NCBI GenBank assembly: GCA_017304555.1
Contig: JAFKKS010000164.1
Span: forward strand, 1 to 53,973
Direction: 5' to 3'
DNA length: 53,973 nt
Origin: Hyphomicrobiales bacterium
GTDB taxonomy: Bacteria > Pseudomonadota > Alphaproteobacteria > Rhizobiales > Xanthobacteraceae
The position numbers and the translations under genes are program-made. The notes beneath the pieces are model-generated. The model ran no database searches. It worked only from the letters and a program-made list of their open reading frames with translations, and had not been told where the DNA came from. Shown here one piece after another: positions 1 to 9,074 of the stretch (positions are counted from its first letter, which is position 1; each line of letters opens with the position of its first letter).

Positions 1-3000
1 ATCGAACAGATCGATCTCGAACGATACGGCATGTTCTCGGGCCGGCAGCTCGCGTTTCAACCGGACGCGATGCTGCATGTGATCTACGGCGACAACGAAG
101 CCGGCAAGACGTCGGCACTCAGCGCCATCGGCGACCTGCTGTTCGGCTTTAGCGCCCGCACCGACTATGATTTTCAGCACGACGCCAAGACGCTGCGCAT
201 CGGCGGGCGTCTACGCCATTCCGATGGCCGACTGATCGCGGTACGGCGGCGAAAGGGCAACAAGAACACACTGGTCGACGAGAATGACCAGCCCCTGCCC
301 GACGATCCGCTCGCGCCGCTACTCGGTTCGCTGTCGCGGGAGATTTTCAACGGCGAGTTCGGCCTGACGGCACGATCGCTGCGCGAGGGCGGAGAAGCAT
401 TGTTAAAAGCCGGCGGCCGCCTATCCGAAACGCTTGCAGCGAGTTCGGCCGGCATGAGCGTATTGTCCAGTCTTCGTGCGCGATTGCAGAGTGAGGCGGA
501 CGAGCTTTTCACGCCACGCCGCTCTGGCGGCAAGCCCTTCTACCTCGCCGCTGATCGGCGCGATTCGGCCGATCGGACGCTTCGCGATGCGATCGTGACA
601 CGCGACGCCGTCCGGCAGGCCGAAGCCAGTGTGGGCGACGCGCAAGCACGCCTGGCCAACCTGAATGAGACACATGCCGCGCTTGGTGTTGAGCTGGCGC
701 TTTGGCAGCGCGCACGGCGAACGACCGGAAGCCTGACGCGCCTTGATGCGATCGCCGCCGACTTGTCCGCCGTCGTGGAGCATCCCCAACTGACGCCGGA
801 TACCCTCGCGGAATGGGAAGCCACCTACCAGGCCTATGTGACGCTCGATAAGGAGATCAGCGCGCTCGACGAGGAGGATGCCGCTTACGCCTCCGAAGCC
901 GCAGCGCTCGCGGTTGACGATCGGTTGCTATCGGCGGGTCCGGATATCGACGCGCTGCGCGAGCGGCCTGGAGAAGCGCGCAAAGCGCGCAGCGACCTGC
1001 CGCGCCGGCGGCAGGCGCGCGACGACGCGCAGGCGGCTTTACATGGGCTTGCCCGCCGGCTCGGCTTGCTCTCGCACAGCGAGGTGCTTGACAGGCAGCC
1101 GACCGATCCTGCCGTGGCGCTCGCGCGCAGCCTGATCGGGCAGGTTGTCACGGCCGAAGCTGCCATCGCGGATGCGGAGCGCCAACGCGCGGCAGCTCAG
1201 CAGAGCTACGACAGCCTCGCCACCGACGGTGACGGCGCGTACATCGCCGACATCGCTCCGGTCCGGCAGAAGTTCGACGCCCTGAGCGATATCGTCACGC
1301 TTTCCGATCAGTACCGCCGGCTGGCAGCCGCGTCATCGGCGGAAGCGACAGGCTTACGCGACGACGTCGCCGTGCTCGCTCCCTCGCCCGGTGCTCTGGA
1401 AAAACTTCCTGCTCTGCCCCTTCCCGATGCGGCAACCATCGCCGCGCACGCGCACGCAATCGAGACGGCCGAAGGCGATCTCAAAGGCATCGATGGCGAG
1501 ATCGCGTCGTCGAACCTCACCATCGCAGGCCTGCAGGCCACGCTGTCGCGTCTGTCGTACGCTGGAAGCGTACCCACCCGTGCCGACCTCGCTCACGCAC
1601 GCCGCGAGCGCGACGCTCATCTCAAAAGCCTGCGCGATGCGCTCGAAGCCGATGCGCAGCAGCGCCGCGTGCACCTTGACAGCACGGTCCGCGCCACCGA
1701 GGCCGTGGATGCGCTCGCCGACCTCCTGTTGAGCGACACCGAGCGCGCGGCGCGGCAGGAGGACGTTCAAGAGCGCCTGGCGGAAGCGCAGAGCGCGCGC
1801 GAGCGCCTCGCTACGCAGCGAACGCAGGCGGACACCGCGTTGACCAACGCGAAACAAGCCTGGGAACAGGCCTGGGCACCGCTCGCGATTGTGCCGGGAA
1901 GCCCCGCAGAGATGCAGCGCTGGCGCGAACACGTCGACGGCATCGTGACGCGCTTGCGCAAGCAGGATGCGCAGAAAATCGAGATCCAGACGCTTTCGGA
2001 GGCACTCGCCGCGCGCAAGCGCGGCGCCATCGCTTTCCTCGAAGGCGTTGGGCGAACGCCGGACGAAACGCTCGCGGTCGACATTCTTTTTCGCGAGGCG
2101 AAGGCGCGGCTCGACGAACTCAATGCGCAATGGGCTGAAAGCAAGGTGCGCGCGGCGGAAAAGCAGCATGCCGACCGCGCTCTCGCGAAGGCGATTGCCG
2201 CAGGCGAGGAGGCATCCAAACGCGTGGCGGAACTTCAATCCGGATGGCCACAAGCCATGGCCGGGATCGGCCTTGCTGCGAACGCCACGACCGAGGAAGC
2301 GAAAGCCGCGCTCGACGTCTGGCACGCCGTTCCTGCGCTCGAAGTGAGTTATCGCCGCGAGGGCCGCAGCGTCGACACCATGGAATCCGACCTCCAGCAT
2401 TTCACGCGTGATGTCGATGAGCTGGCAAGAAAGGTCGCACCGAGCCTGATCTATACGACCCCGGACGAGGCCCTCAAGCAACTCTCGGACGCACTCGAGC
2501 GGGCGCGGCGCGCCGACGAAACGCGGCGGCGCCTAAACAATCAAGCGGCTGCTCGTGAAAAGCGCCGCCAGTCTTTGCGGCTCAAGCGGGACGCGACCGG
2601 TGAATCACTGAAGCCGGCACGGCAATCGCTTTCGGCTCCCGACATCGAAAGCCTTCGCAGCGCTCTCGATCGCGTCGCTGCGCGTCATCACCTCGAAGCC
2701 GATCGATTCAAACTGCACCGCGATCTTGCCGACATCGCAGATGGGCGGGACGAGGCGGCTCTCCGGCAAGAGCGCGAAGGGCTCGACCTCGACGCCCTTC
2801 CGGGACTGATCGAGCGCGAGAGCGTTCGACACACACAGTTGCTCAAAGAGATCGAGGAAGCGTCCGTCGCGCTGCATCAGGCCAAGCGCGAACTGGAGGC
2901 GTTGACTGCCGGCCACGACGCAGCATTGGCGGCGTCCGAACGCGCCGCCGCGAGCGCCGAGTTGCTGTCGATCGCCGAGCGATGGTTGCTGCGGGCCGCT

Positions 3001-3450
3001 GCGAGCCGCCTCGCAACGCATGCGATCGAACGCTATCGCTCGAAGGTCGAGGATCCTCTTGTGGCACGCGCAGGCGCCCTCTTCGCCGCGGCGACGGACG
3101 GCGCATTCGAGGGGCTGCGTGTCGACTACGGCGACGACGATCATCCGATTCTTGTCGCACAGCGAGCGAACGGAAGCCGCGTTCCGCTGGAAGGATTGAG
3201 CGAAGGAACGCGCGACCAACTGTTCCTTGCGCTACGGCTCGCCTTGCTGGAGCGATGGCCCTCGGAGCCGATCCCCTTCATCGGCGACGATCTACTCGCC
3301 AGCTTCGACGACACGCGAACGTTTTCAACCCTTCGGCTGCTGGCGGCCGCGAGCGAGAAACGCCAGATTTTGCTCTTCACGCATCATCGCCATGTCGTGA
3401 ATTTAGCGAAGTCAGTTCGGGGTTATCCGGTCGACGTTCTGGAGCTTTAA
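1..3450 (+). CDS. YhaN-family AAA ATPase (SbcC/Rad50-like), 5' end outside window
   Basis: The frame is open from nt 1 (IEQIDLERYG precedes the first Met at 31). Walker A GDNEAGKTS, then a ~900 aa Ala/Arg/Glu/Leu-rich coiled-coil-like middle. The C-terminus has the signature-like LSEGTRDQLFLALRLAL, Walker B/D-loop PFIGDDLLASFD and LLFTHH. Confidence 0.8.
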   Translation: MEQIDLERYGMFSGRQLAFQPDAMLHVIYGDNEAGKTSALSAIGDLLFGFSARTDYDFQHDAKTLRIGGRLRHSDGRLIAVRRRKGNKNTLVDENDQPLPDDPLAPLLGSLSREIFNGEFGLTARSLREGGEALLKAGGRLSETLAASSAGMSVLSSLRARLQSEADELFTPRRSGGKPFYLAADRRDSADRTLRDAIVTRDAVRQAEASVGDAQARLANLNETHAALGVELALWQRARRTTGSLTRLDAIAADLSAVVEHPQLTPDTLAEWEATYQAYVTLDKEISALDEEDAAYASEAAALAVDDRLLSAGPDIDALRERPGEARKARSDLPRRRQARDDAQAALHGLARRLGLLSHSEVLDRQPTDPAVALARSLIGQVVTAEAAIADAERQRAAAQQSYDSLATDGDGAYIADIAPVRQKFDALSDIVTLSDQYRRLAAASSAEATGLRDDVAVLAPSPGALEKLPALPLPDAATIAAHAHAIETAEGDLKGIDGEIASSNLTIAGLQATLSRLSYAGSVPTRADLAHARRERDAHLKSLRDALEADAQQRRVHLDSTVRATEAVDALADLLLSDTERAARQEDVQERLAEAQSARERLATQRTQADTALTNAKQAWEQAWAPLAIVPGSPAEMQRWREHVDGIVTRLRKQDAQKIEIQTLSEALAARKRGAIAFLEGVGRTPDETLAVDILFREAKARLDELNAQWAESKVRAAEKQHADRALAKAIAAGEEASKRVAELQSGWPQAMAGIGLAANATTEEAKAALDVWHAVPALEVSYRREGRSVDTMESDLQHFTRDVDELARKVAPSLIYTTPDEALKQLSDALERARRADETRRRLNNQAAAREKRRQSLRLKRDATGESLKPARQSLSAPDIESLRSALDRVAARHHLEADRFKLHRDLADIADGRDEAALRQEREGLDLDALPGLIERESVRHTQLLKEIEEASVALHQAKRELEALTAGHDAALAASERAAASAELLSIAERWLLRAAASRLATHAIERYRSKVEDPLVARAGALFAAATDGAFEGLRVDYGDDDHPILVAQRANGSRVPLEGLSEGTRDQLFLALRLALLERWPSEPIPFIGDDLLASFDDTRTFSTLRLLAAASEKRQILLFTHHRHVVNLAKSVRGYPVDVLEL

Positions 3451-3491
3451 TTGAAAACGCGCCCACTGGCGCACCTTCGCTATCACCTCGT

Positions 3492-3611
3492 TCAATCTAG
3501 CGCGGGCTTCCGAGCGCATTCGAGCGGGCCTCGATGGAGGACGACGACGCGGTTCGCAAGCTCGAGCGCCTCGTCGTGGTCGTGGATGACACTGACGGTC
3601 GCAATTTTCAT
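3492..3611 (-). pseudogene. orphan C-terminal fragment of an ABC-transporter ATPase (H-loop region only)
   Basis: The 39-codon ORF MKIATVSVIHDHDEALELANRVVVLHRGPLECARKPALD reads like the H-loop/C-terminal end of an ABC ATPase (compare [25 protein letters not shown] in the ATPase at 4946-5722). No Walker A/B or signature motif lies upstream. Its ATG overlaps (ATGA) the stop of the hydrolase remnant. Confidence 0.35.
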
Positions 3612-3968
3612 CGCTGTCTTTTGCCGACCAGCCGTTCGGTCCAGGTCGCGACGTGATTTGACATGGTGAGAAGGTGGGCTGCGGCGGTGAAGCCGGAAAC
3701 TGCCTTGCGGGGTTTGAGATCATGATCGCCGTCTTCGAGCCAGACGATCTCTATCGCCTTAGAAAGGTGGCGACCTCCTCCCGCGTACCGAAATCGATCG
3801 GCTGCGCTGCCGTCCATTCTTCAATTTTCACCGACAGCCGCACATTGAGCAGCCCCCTCATGTGCGCTCCAGAGCGGCGAGCCGACCAAAAAGCCGTAAG
3901 CCGCGCTACCGTTTTGCCGATGGAATCGCAACCACATCGGGCACGTATCGCGCGGCGAGCGTGCCGCG
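3608..3968 (-). pseudogene. decayed alpha/beta-hydrolase gene (COG3571 / KANL3-Tex30-like), N-terminally truncated and frameshifted
   Basis: The frame of ORF 3608-3817 gives LSKAIEIVWLEDGDHDLKPRKAVSG. A second frame just upstream gives HMRGLLNVRLSVKIEEWTAAQPIDFGTREEVATF, and a third gives GFLVGSPLW (from about 3890). This implies at least two frameshifts. The N-terminal part with the nucleophile elbow is absent because the next gene ends at 4017. The family is assigned from memory of its motif pattern. Confidence 0.45.
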
Positions 3969-4016
3969 CGATCGTGAGCTACAAGTCATAGAGAGCCACC
4001 GTGGCCCAGCTAAACG

Positions 4017-4901
4017 TCAGTGCGTGCAATAATGCATTGCGGACGCTTCCGGCGCCTGCGGGACGGTCTTATCGATAGCCCCCAGTGTGGCCTTATAAGC
4101 TTTCGCCCATTCTCCATCCTTGAACATGGCGCGCAGCTGCTCATTGATCCACTCGCAGAACTTAGGATCTTCTTTCTTCACTCCGATGCCATAGGGCTGA
4201 GGCGGCGCGTCGGAATTCGCGAGCACGCGATATTGCCCAGGCTGCGCATGCGCCATTCCGAACAGAATTGCGTTTTCCGCAGCGGCGGCTTCAACACGTC
4301 CCTGCCGCATCGCGGTCAGGCACGCGCCCATCGTATCGAAGCCCTTCAGGTCGGCTTTCGGCGCTTCGGTTTGAATCATGTTGTACTGCGTTCCGTTCTG
4401 CGTGCTGCAAACGGAATGACCATTGAGTGACTTAAAGCCATTGATGGTGTCGCCGAAGGACTTGTCGTCCTTCTTCACCATGATGGTGTTTTTCGATTCG
4501 AAATAAGGCCCCGCGAAATTAACCTGCTCGTTTCGCGCTTTGTTGATCGTGTAAGTCGCGATGACCATGTCCACCTTCCCCGCCTTGATCAGCGCTTCGC
4601 GCGTCGGGGTGGGCGCTTCGACAAAGTCGACATGTCCGTCTTCACCGAAAATACGCTTGGCCAGCAGGTTGGCGATATCGGCATCGAATCCTTCGACCTT
4701 GCCGGTCATCGGATTCTTGAGTCCGAAAAGAGGGGCATCGATCTTGATCCCCACCACGAGCTTGCCGCGCTCCTGAATGCGATGCATCGCTGAATCAGCC
4801 GGGAAGCTCGGCTTGCTGCTTTGCGCCGCGCTCGCATGGCTCCATACGGCAGCCGCGAGCAGTGAAAATGTGACGGTCAGAACAGCTTTCACGTCTCTCA
4901 T
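4017..4901 (-). CDS. polar amino-acid ABC transporter substrate-binding protein (family 3, GluB-like)
   Basis: Signal peptide MRDVKAVLTVTFSLLAAAVWSHASA, then GKLVVGIKIDAPLFG and GFDADIANLLA. I moved the start to ATG 4901 (GAGGGGA Shine-Dalgarno upstream); the ORF track starts at 4943. Confidence 0.85.
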   Translation of the reverse strand: MRDVKAVLTVTFSLLAAAVWSHASAAQSSKPSFPADSAMHRIQERGKLVVGIKIDAPLFGLKNPMTGKVEGFDADIANLLAKRIFGEDGHVDFVEAPTPTREALIKAGKVDMVIATYTINKARNEQVNFAGPYFESKNTIMVKKDDKSFGDTINGFKSLNGHSVCSTQNGTQYNMIQTEAPKADLKGFDTMGACLTAMRQGRVEAAAAENAILFGMAHAQPGQYRVLANSDAPPQPYGIGVKKEDPKFCEWINEQLRAMFKDGEWAKAYKATLGAIDKTVPQAPEASAMHYCTH

Positions 4902-4945
4902 GTTCGTAGTCCCCTCGTGATAGGCAGTCGCCGGTCGTGGCATTC

Positions 4946-5722
4946 TTACGTTCGATGGCTCACGACCTTTGACAGGAAATTGCGTGCTCGTGCAGACGTT
5001 GGCGCATCGAAGAATTGATGCGGTTCGCCAACTTCGACAACCTCGCCTTCGTCCATAAACACTACCCGATGCGCGACTGAGCGCGCAAACCCCATTTCGT
5101 GCGTGACGACGAGCATCGTCGTGCCGGCCGCTGCCAGCCCTTCCATGACGTTGAGCACTTCGCTGATCACTTCCGGATCCAACGCCGACGTGGGCTCATC
5201 GAACAGCATCACTTTCGGATCCATCGCGAGCGCGCGCGCAATAGCGGCGCGCTGTTGCTGTCCTCCCGACAACTCGGTCGGAAATTTTCCAGCTTGATCC
5301 TGGATACCGACGCGCTCGAGCAGCGCCAATGCACGCGCTTCGGCGTCCGCTTTCGAAAGGCGCCGGACCCTCATCGGTCCCAGCGTCACGTTCTGCAGAA
5401 TCGTCTTGTGCGCAAATAGATTGAACGATTGAAAGACCATCCCGACATCGGAACGCATACGCGCCAGCGCTTTTCCCTCTTCGGGCAGCGGCGTTCCATC
5501 GATCTCGATGGTCCCTTTGTCGATCCTCTCCAGCCGATTGATGCACCGACAAAGTGTTGATTTACCGGAGCCCGACGGCCCAATGATCGCAACCACCTCG
5601 CTCGCCTCGACCACGAGGCTCACGTCCTTGAGAACATGCTTCGCGCCGAAGTACTTGTGGACATGATCCACCATCACAACAGGCGGTGAAGCACGTCTAT
5701 CGGCCGAACTATTCTGAAGCAT
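4946..5722 (-). CDS. amino-acid ABC transporter ATP-binding protein
   Basis: Walker [10 protein letters not shown], signature [15 protein letters not shown], Walker [12 protein letters not shown]-loop VVTHEM. I moved the start to ATG 5722 (GGAG upstream). Confidence 0.9.
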   Translation of the reverse strand: MLQNSSADRRASPPVVMVDHVHKYFGAKHVLKDVSLVVEASEVVAIIGPSGSGKSTLCRCINRLERIDKGTIEIDGTPLPEEGKALARMRSDVGMVFQSFNLFAHKTILQNVTLGPMRVRRLSKADAEARALALLERVGIQDQAGKFPTELSGGQQQRAAIARALAMDPKVMLFDEPTSALDPEVISEVLNVMEGLAAAGTTMLVVTHEMGFARSVAHRVVFMDEGEVVEVGEPHQFFDAPTSARARNFLSKVVSHRT

Positions 5723-5811
5723 CGTTAGCTCCGCGAATGCGCAAGCCGCGCATCCGAGTGACATTCAAAGACAAATTTTGACGGGTCGGTCGCACAAACA
5801 GCCGGACGCGA

Positions 5812-5839
5812 GCGCAAGGCTACAGGCGCAAGGCTACAG
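5812..5839. repeat. perfect 14-bp tandem duplication (GCGCAAGGCTACAG x2)
   Basis: Read directly: unit 1 is 5812-5825 and unit 2 is 5826-5839. It lies in the divergent intergenic region between the ATPase and permease genes. Confidence 0.9.
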
Positions 5840-6135
5840 GATCGTCATCAACGTTCGGCCCTCCCATCGACCGCTTGCCGATTTTCTCAAGACCGGCTTG
5901 CAATCGCCCCACGCAAAGTCCGGCTCGCGCACGAACGTCACGTAATTCATCTTGGGTGTCAACACGCGCGGCAACCAGCAAACGCGCCGCCACGCGTTGA
6001 TCGCAACTCAAAATGAAACTCAGTGGCGTTTCGCGACGACAATCCACGCAACGGTTGTAGTCGCGGCGAAAAATTTCCGGCTGCGTCACTTCATTCGAAG
6101 ATGTTGCTGGCGCTGTTAGCATCGCATAGAACGGC

Positions 6136-6795
6136 ATGACACATGGGCCGGGGAAGCGAGCGGTGGATCATATTGGTGCGATCATTGCTGGGACGTGGGT
6201 GACGATCCAGCTCGCTATATTTTCTTTTATCGGGGCGGCTGCGTTCGGGCTGTTGATCGGTATAAGCCGCATCAGTCCAGTGCCGTCGCTGCGCGTTGCC
6301 GGAACTGTTTATGTCGAAGGCCTCAGGAGCATGCCGATCACCGTGCTCATGGTCTTCTTCTACTTTGGCCTGCCGGACATAAAGGTATCGCTTTCCGCAT
6401 TCACGTGCGCGGTACTCGGTTTAGGGTTGTACGGCGGGGCTTATATAGCGGAGGCCATTCGCTCCGGCGTCAACGCTATCCCCGCGGGCCAGATCGAAGC
6501 CGGCCGCGCGATCGGACTGACGCAGGGCCAATTGCTGCGCGATATCGTGCTGCCGCAAGCGGCGCGGACGGTCGTCGCCCCAATGGGGAACGTCTTCGTC
6601 GACTTGGTGAAGAACACATCGATCGCCTACACGATATCGGTTGTCGAAATCACCGGCACGGCAACCAACCTCGTGTCACGCTACGCGAAGCCTGTCGAAA
6701 CGTTCGTGGCCGCGGGCCTGGCTTATCTCATTCTCACCATCCCTCTCGGGATGTACTTCCGGAACCTGGAAAGCCGAAAGGCGATCAAGCGATGA
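6136..6795 (+). CDS. amino-acid ABC transporter permease (His/Glu/Gln/Arg/opine family)
   Basis: Multi-TM protein with the EAA-type loop IEAGRAIGLTQGQLLRDIVLPQA. Confidence 0.85.
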   Translation: MTHGPGKRAVDHIGAIIAGTWVTIQLAIFSFIGAAAFGLLIGISRISPVPSLRVAGTVYVEGLRSMPITVLMVFFYFGLPDIKVSLSAFTCAVLGLGLYGGAYIAEAIRSGVNAIPAGQIEAGRAIGLTQGQLLRDIVLPQAARTVVAPMGNVFVDLVKNTSIAYTISVVEITGTATNLVSRYAKPVETFVAAGLAYLILTIPLGMYFRNLESRKAIKR

Positions 6796-7613
6796 CGCCG
6801 TCGGCTTTGGAGCGCGATTACGGCCCCCGCGCCCGGAGAAACGCGCATATCGCGTCGCTCATTGCATCCGCCGTCATCACCGCGGCTCTCCTTTATGCGG
6901 GCTATCTCTTCTCCCAGGCCGGCGGCTTTGCGGCCAACAAGTGGTCTCCGTTTCTCTCGTTGAACCTCTGGAAATTCCTGGGTGCCGGGCTTGTCGAGAC
7001 ATTCAAGATTGCAATCGTCGACGCGGTCTTGAGTGTCGTCGTCGGAGCGATCGTGGCCCTCGGCCAAGTCTCCAAACATCGATCCCTGCGATGGCCCGCC
7101 ATCGTTTACTCCGAGTGCTTTCGCGGGCTGCCGACGCTCCTTCTCATCCTCTTCATGTATTTTGCCTTCCCTGCGTTCGGCATCAATGTGAGCGCCTATT
7201 GGGCCGTCGTCATCGGCAGCGCCGCCTATAACAGCGCAGTCCTGAGCAACGTCTTCAAGGCGGGAATCCTGTCGCTGGATCGCGGACAAGTCGAAGCGAG
7301 CTATTCGATCGGCCTGACTGAGTGGGAGACGATGCGCTTAATTGTCGCCCCTCAGGCGTTCCAGCGAATGCTTCCGTCGGTTGTCGCCCAGATGGTCGTG
7401 TTGTTCAAAGACAGTTCGTTGGGATTTTTCATCGGCTACGAGGAATTGCTTCGGCGAACACAGATCATCGGCGCATTCTCCGAGAATCTGATCCAGAGCT
7501 ATATGGTCGCCGGCCTGCTGTACTTCGTGCTGTGTTATGCAATCAGCCGCTTCGCGCGCGTGCTTGAGCGCACCAACGTCTCGAAAGGCGGAACGGTGGC
7601 CGCAACAACTTAA
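6792..7613 (+). CDS. amino-acid ABC transporter permease (GluD/GltK-like, N-terminal extension)
   Basis: ATG 6792 overlaps the upstream permease stop (ATGA). NKWSPFL motif and EAA loop VEASYSIGLTEWETMRLIVAPQA. The ORF-track entry 6195-7613 is this gene plus an out-of-frame upstream run. Confidence 0.85.
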   Translation: MTPSALERDYGPRARRNAHIASLIASAVITAALLYAGYLFSQAGGFAANKWSPFLSLNLWKFLGAGLVETFKIAIVDAVLSVVVGAIVALGQVSKHRSLRWPAIVYSECFRGLPTLLLILFMYFAFPAFGINVSAYWAVVIGSAAYNSAVLSNVFKAGILSLDRGQVEASYSIGLTEWETMRLIVAPQAFQRMLPSVVAQMVVLFKDSSLGFFIGYEELLRRTQIIGAFSENLIQSYMVAGLLYFVLCYAISRFARVLERTNVSKGGTVAATT

Positions 7614-7679
7614 GCACACGCCGACAGAATACCCGAATGCACAACAATGCTGGATATCTGCGCCTGATCGAAGCGCAAT

Positions 7680-8867
7680 TTGAGAATGGACATTCCGATG
7701 CTTGATCGCAGCCTCGTCGAGCGTGAGTACGGCTTTTTAAAAGACGTGATTTTTCTCAACGCGTCGTCCGTCATCATGCCTCCCATGCGGGTGCAGAACG
7801 CCTACAACAACTTTATGGCCGACTATGTCCGAGCCTTCGGCGCCGGTGTCGTGCCCAAAGGCTGGGACATCGTCAACGAGGCGCGCGGTCGCCTCGCTTC
7901 ACTCCTTAACTGCCACGCACACGAAATCGCCTTCACAAAAAACACGGCTGAAGGTTTGTCGATCGCTGCGGCGTCCATCGAGGTCGCTCCAGGCGACAAT
8001 GCCGTCGTCTGCGACCAAGAGCATGAAGCCAACCTCTTTCCCTGGATGAATCAGCGCCGCAGAGGCTTGGAGCTGCGGGTCGTTCGCACGCAGAACGGCG
8101 AAGTGAACATCGCGGCTCTGTTGGCGCGCTGCGACGAGCGCACCAAGGCGCTCGCGATATCATCGGCGCAGTTCACCACCGGGCATTCCGTCGATCTGCG
8201 AGCGCTCGGCGCCGAATGTCGCGCGCGCAATATCATTTTCGTCGTGGACGGAGTTCAGAGCGTCGGCCGTCTGAAGCTCGATGTGAGGGAGTGCAATATC
8301 GATTACTTGGCGGCCGGAGGACACAAGGGCCTGCTGGGGACGCTGGGCGCAGGGTTCGTCTACTGTAGCGACCGCATCGTTTCGGACCTCATTCCGCCTT
8401 ATGCGTCCTATCAGAGCGTGATCAATTACGTGCCGCCGCCGGCGCTGACCACGCAATTCGATTATCTCGAGTGGCACCCCAATGCGCGACGCCTCGAAGC
8501 GGGCAGCCCCAACTTCAACGGCGTTCTGGCGATCTCTCGCGGCGTCGAATTGATTCTCGAGCTCGGAATCGACAACATCGAAAGCACCATTCGTACGTTG
8601 GAAGCCGAGTTCCGCTCGCTGCTCGCGGACGTGCCTCTAAAAGTCGTCGAACCTACCGACCCTGAACGCCGTTCGGGAATCGTTTGTGTCTATTATCCGA
8701 AAGGCGCCGAAGCCGAGGTCCAAGCGGTTCTCCGAAACCATAAGATTTTCTGCTCGATGCAAGCAGGATATTTGCGGTTCTGCATCGAGTTCTACAACAC
8801 CAGCGAGCAGATGAAGATCGCTGCAAGTGCGCTGCAGGAGATCAGCCGGTTGCGATCCGCTGCGTAA
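7680..8867 (+). CDS. aminotransferase class V-fold PLP enzyme (cysteine desulfurase / selenocysteine lyase-like)
   Basis: FTKNTAEGLS, EHEANLFPW, and PLP-lysine context AAGGHKGLLGTLGAGFVYC. The start is uncertain (TTG 7680, ATG 7686 or ATG 7698). Confidence 0.8.
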   Translation: MRMDIPMLDRSLVEREYGFLKDVIFLNASSVIMPPMRVQNAYNNFMADYVRAFGAGVVPKGWDIVNEARGRLASLLNCHAHEIAFTKNTAEGLSIAAASIEVAPGDNAVVCDQEHEANLFPWMNQRRRGLELRVVRTQNGEVNIAALLARCDERTKALAISSAQFTTGHSVDLRALGAECRARNIIFVVDGVQSVGRLKLDVRECNIDYLAAGGHKGLLGTLGAGFVYCSDRIVSDLIPPYASYQSVINYVPPPALTTQFDYLEWHPNARRLEAGSPNFNGVLAISRGVELILELGIDNIESTIRTLEAEFRSLLADVPLKVVEPTDPERRSGIVCVYYPKGAEAEVQAVLRNHKIFCSMQAGYLRFCIEFYNTSEQMKIAASALQEISRLRSAA

Positions 8868-9074
8868 CGCGAGGTTGCTGTCGCCGGTACGGTGAGCAAG
8901 CGGCGGCGCGCACACAAAGCCGTGTTGGCGACGCGGGAGCCATGGCCACGCGCCGATGCCGACGTTATTGTGGGTTCCACCTCGCCCTTGGAATGATCGA
9001 TTCAACTGAAAACTCCGCACCCAACCGAGCCTCGGTGTCTTCATCGCCGCGACTGAAATTTGAATGAGGAAGAG

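Noticed and set aside
1354-2481. 375-codon minus-strand ORF inside the YhaN-like gene, plus many other 60-200 codon ORFs in that interval
   Set aside because: It is antisense or out of frame relative to a gene with clear ATPase motifs at both ends. High GC suppresses stop codons in all frames.
5820-6137. 105-codon minus-strand ORF in the divergent promoter region of the first ABC module
   Set aside because: It has no recognisable motif. Its codon usage is unusually rich in CGT and T-ending codons compared with neighbouring genes. Its start overlaps the permease start and its stop lies in a tandem duplication. I cannot support it as a gene, and it might be a remnant.
6195-6791. N-terminal 199 codons of the ORF-track entry 6195-7613
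   Set aside because: This part overlaps the first permease gene in another frame and is Arg/Gly-rich. The permease-like sequence begins at ATG 6792, which overlaps the upstream stop. The same applies to 19369-19869 of entry 18511-19869.
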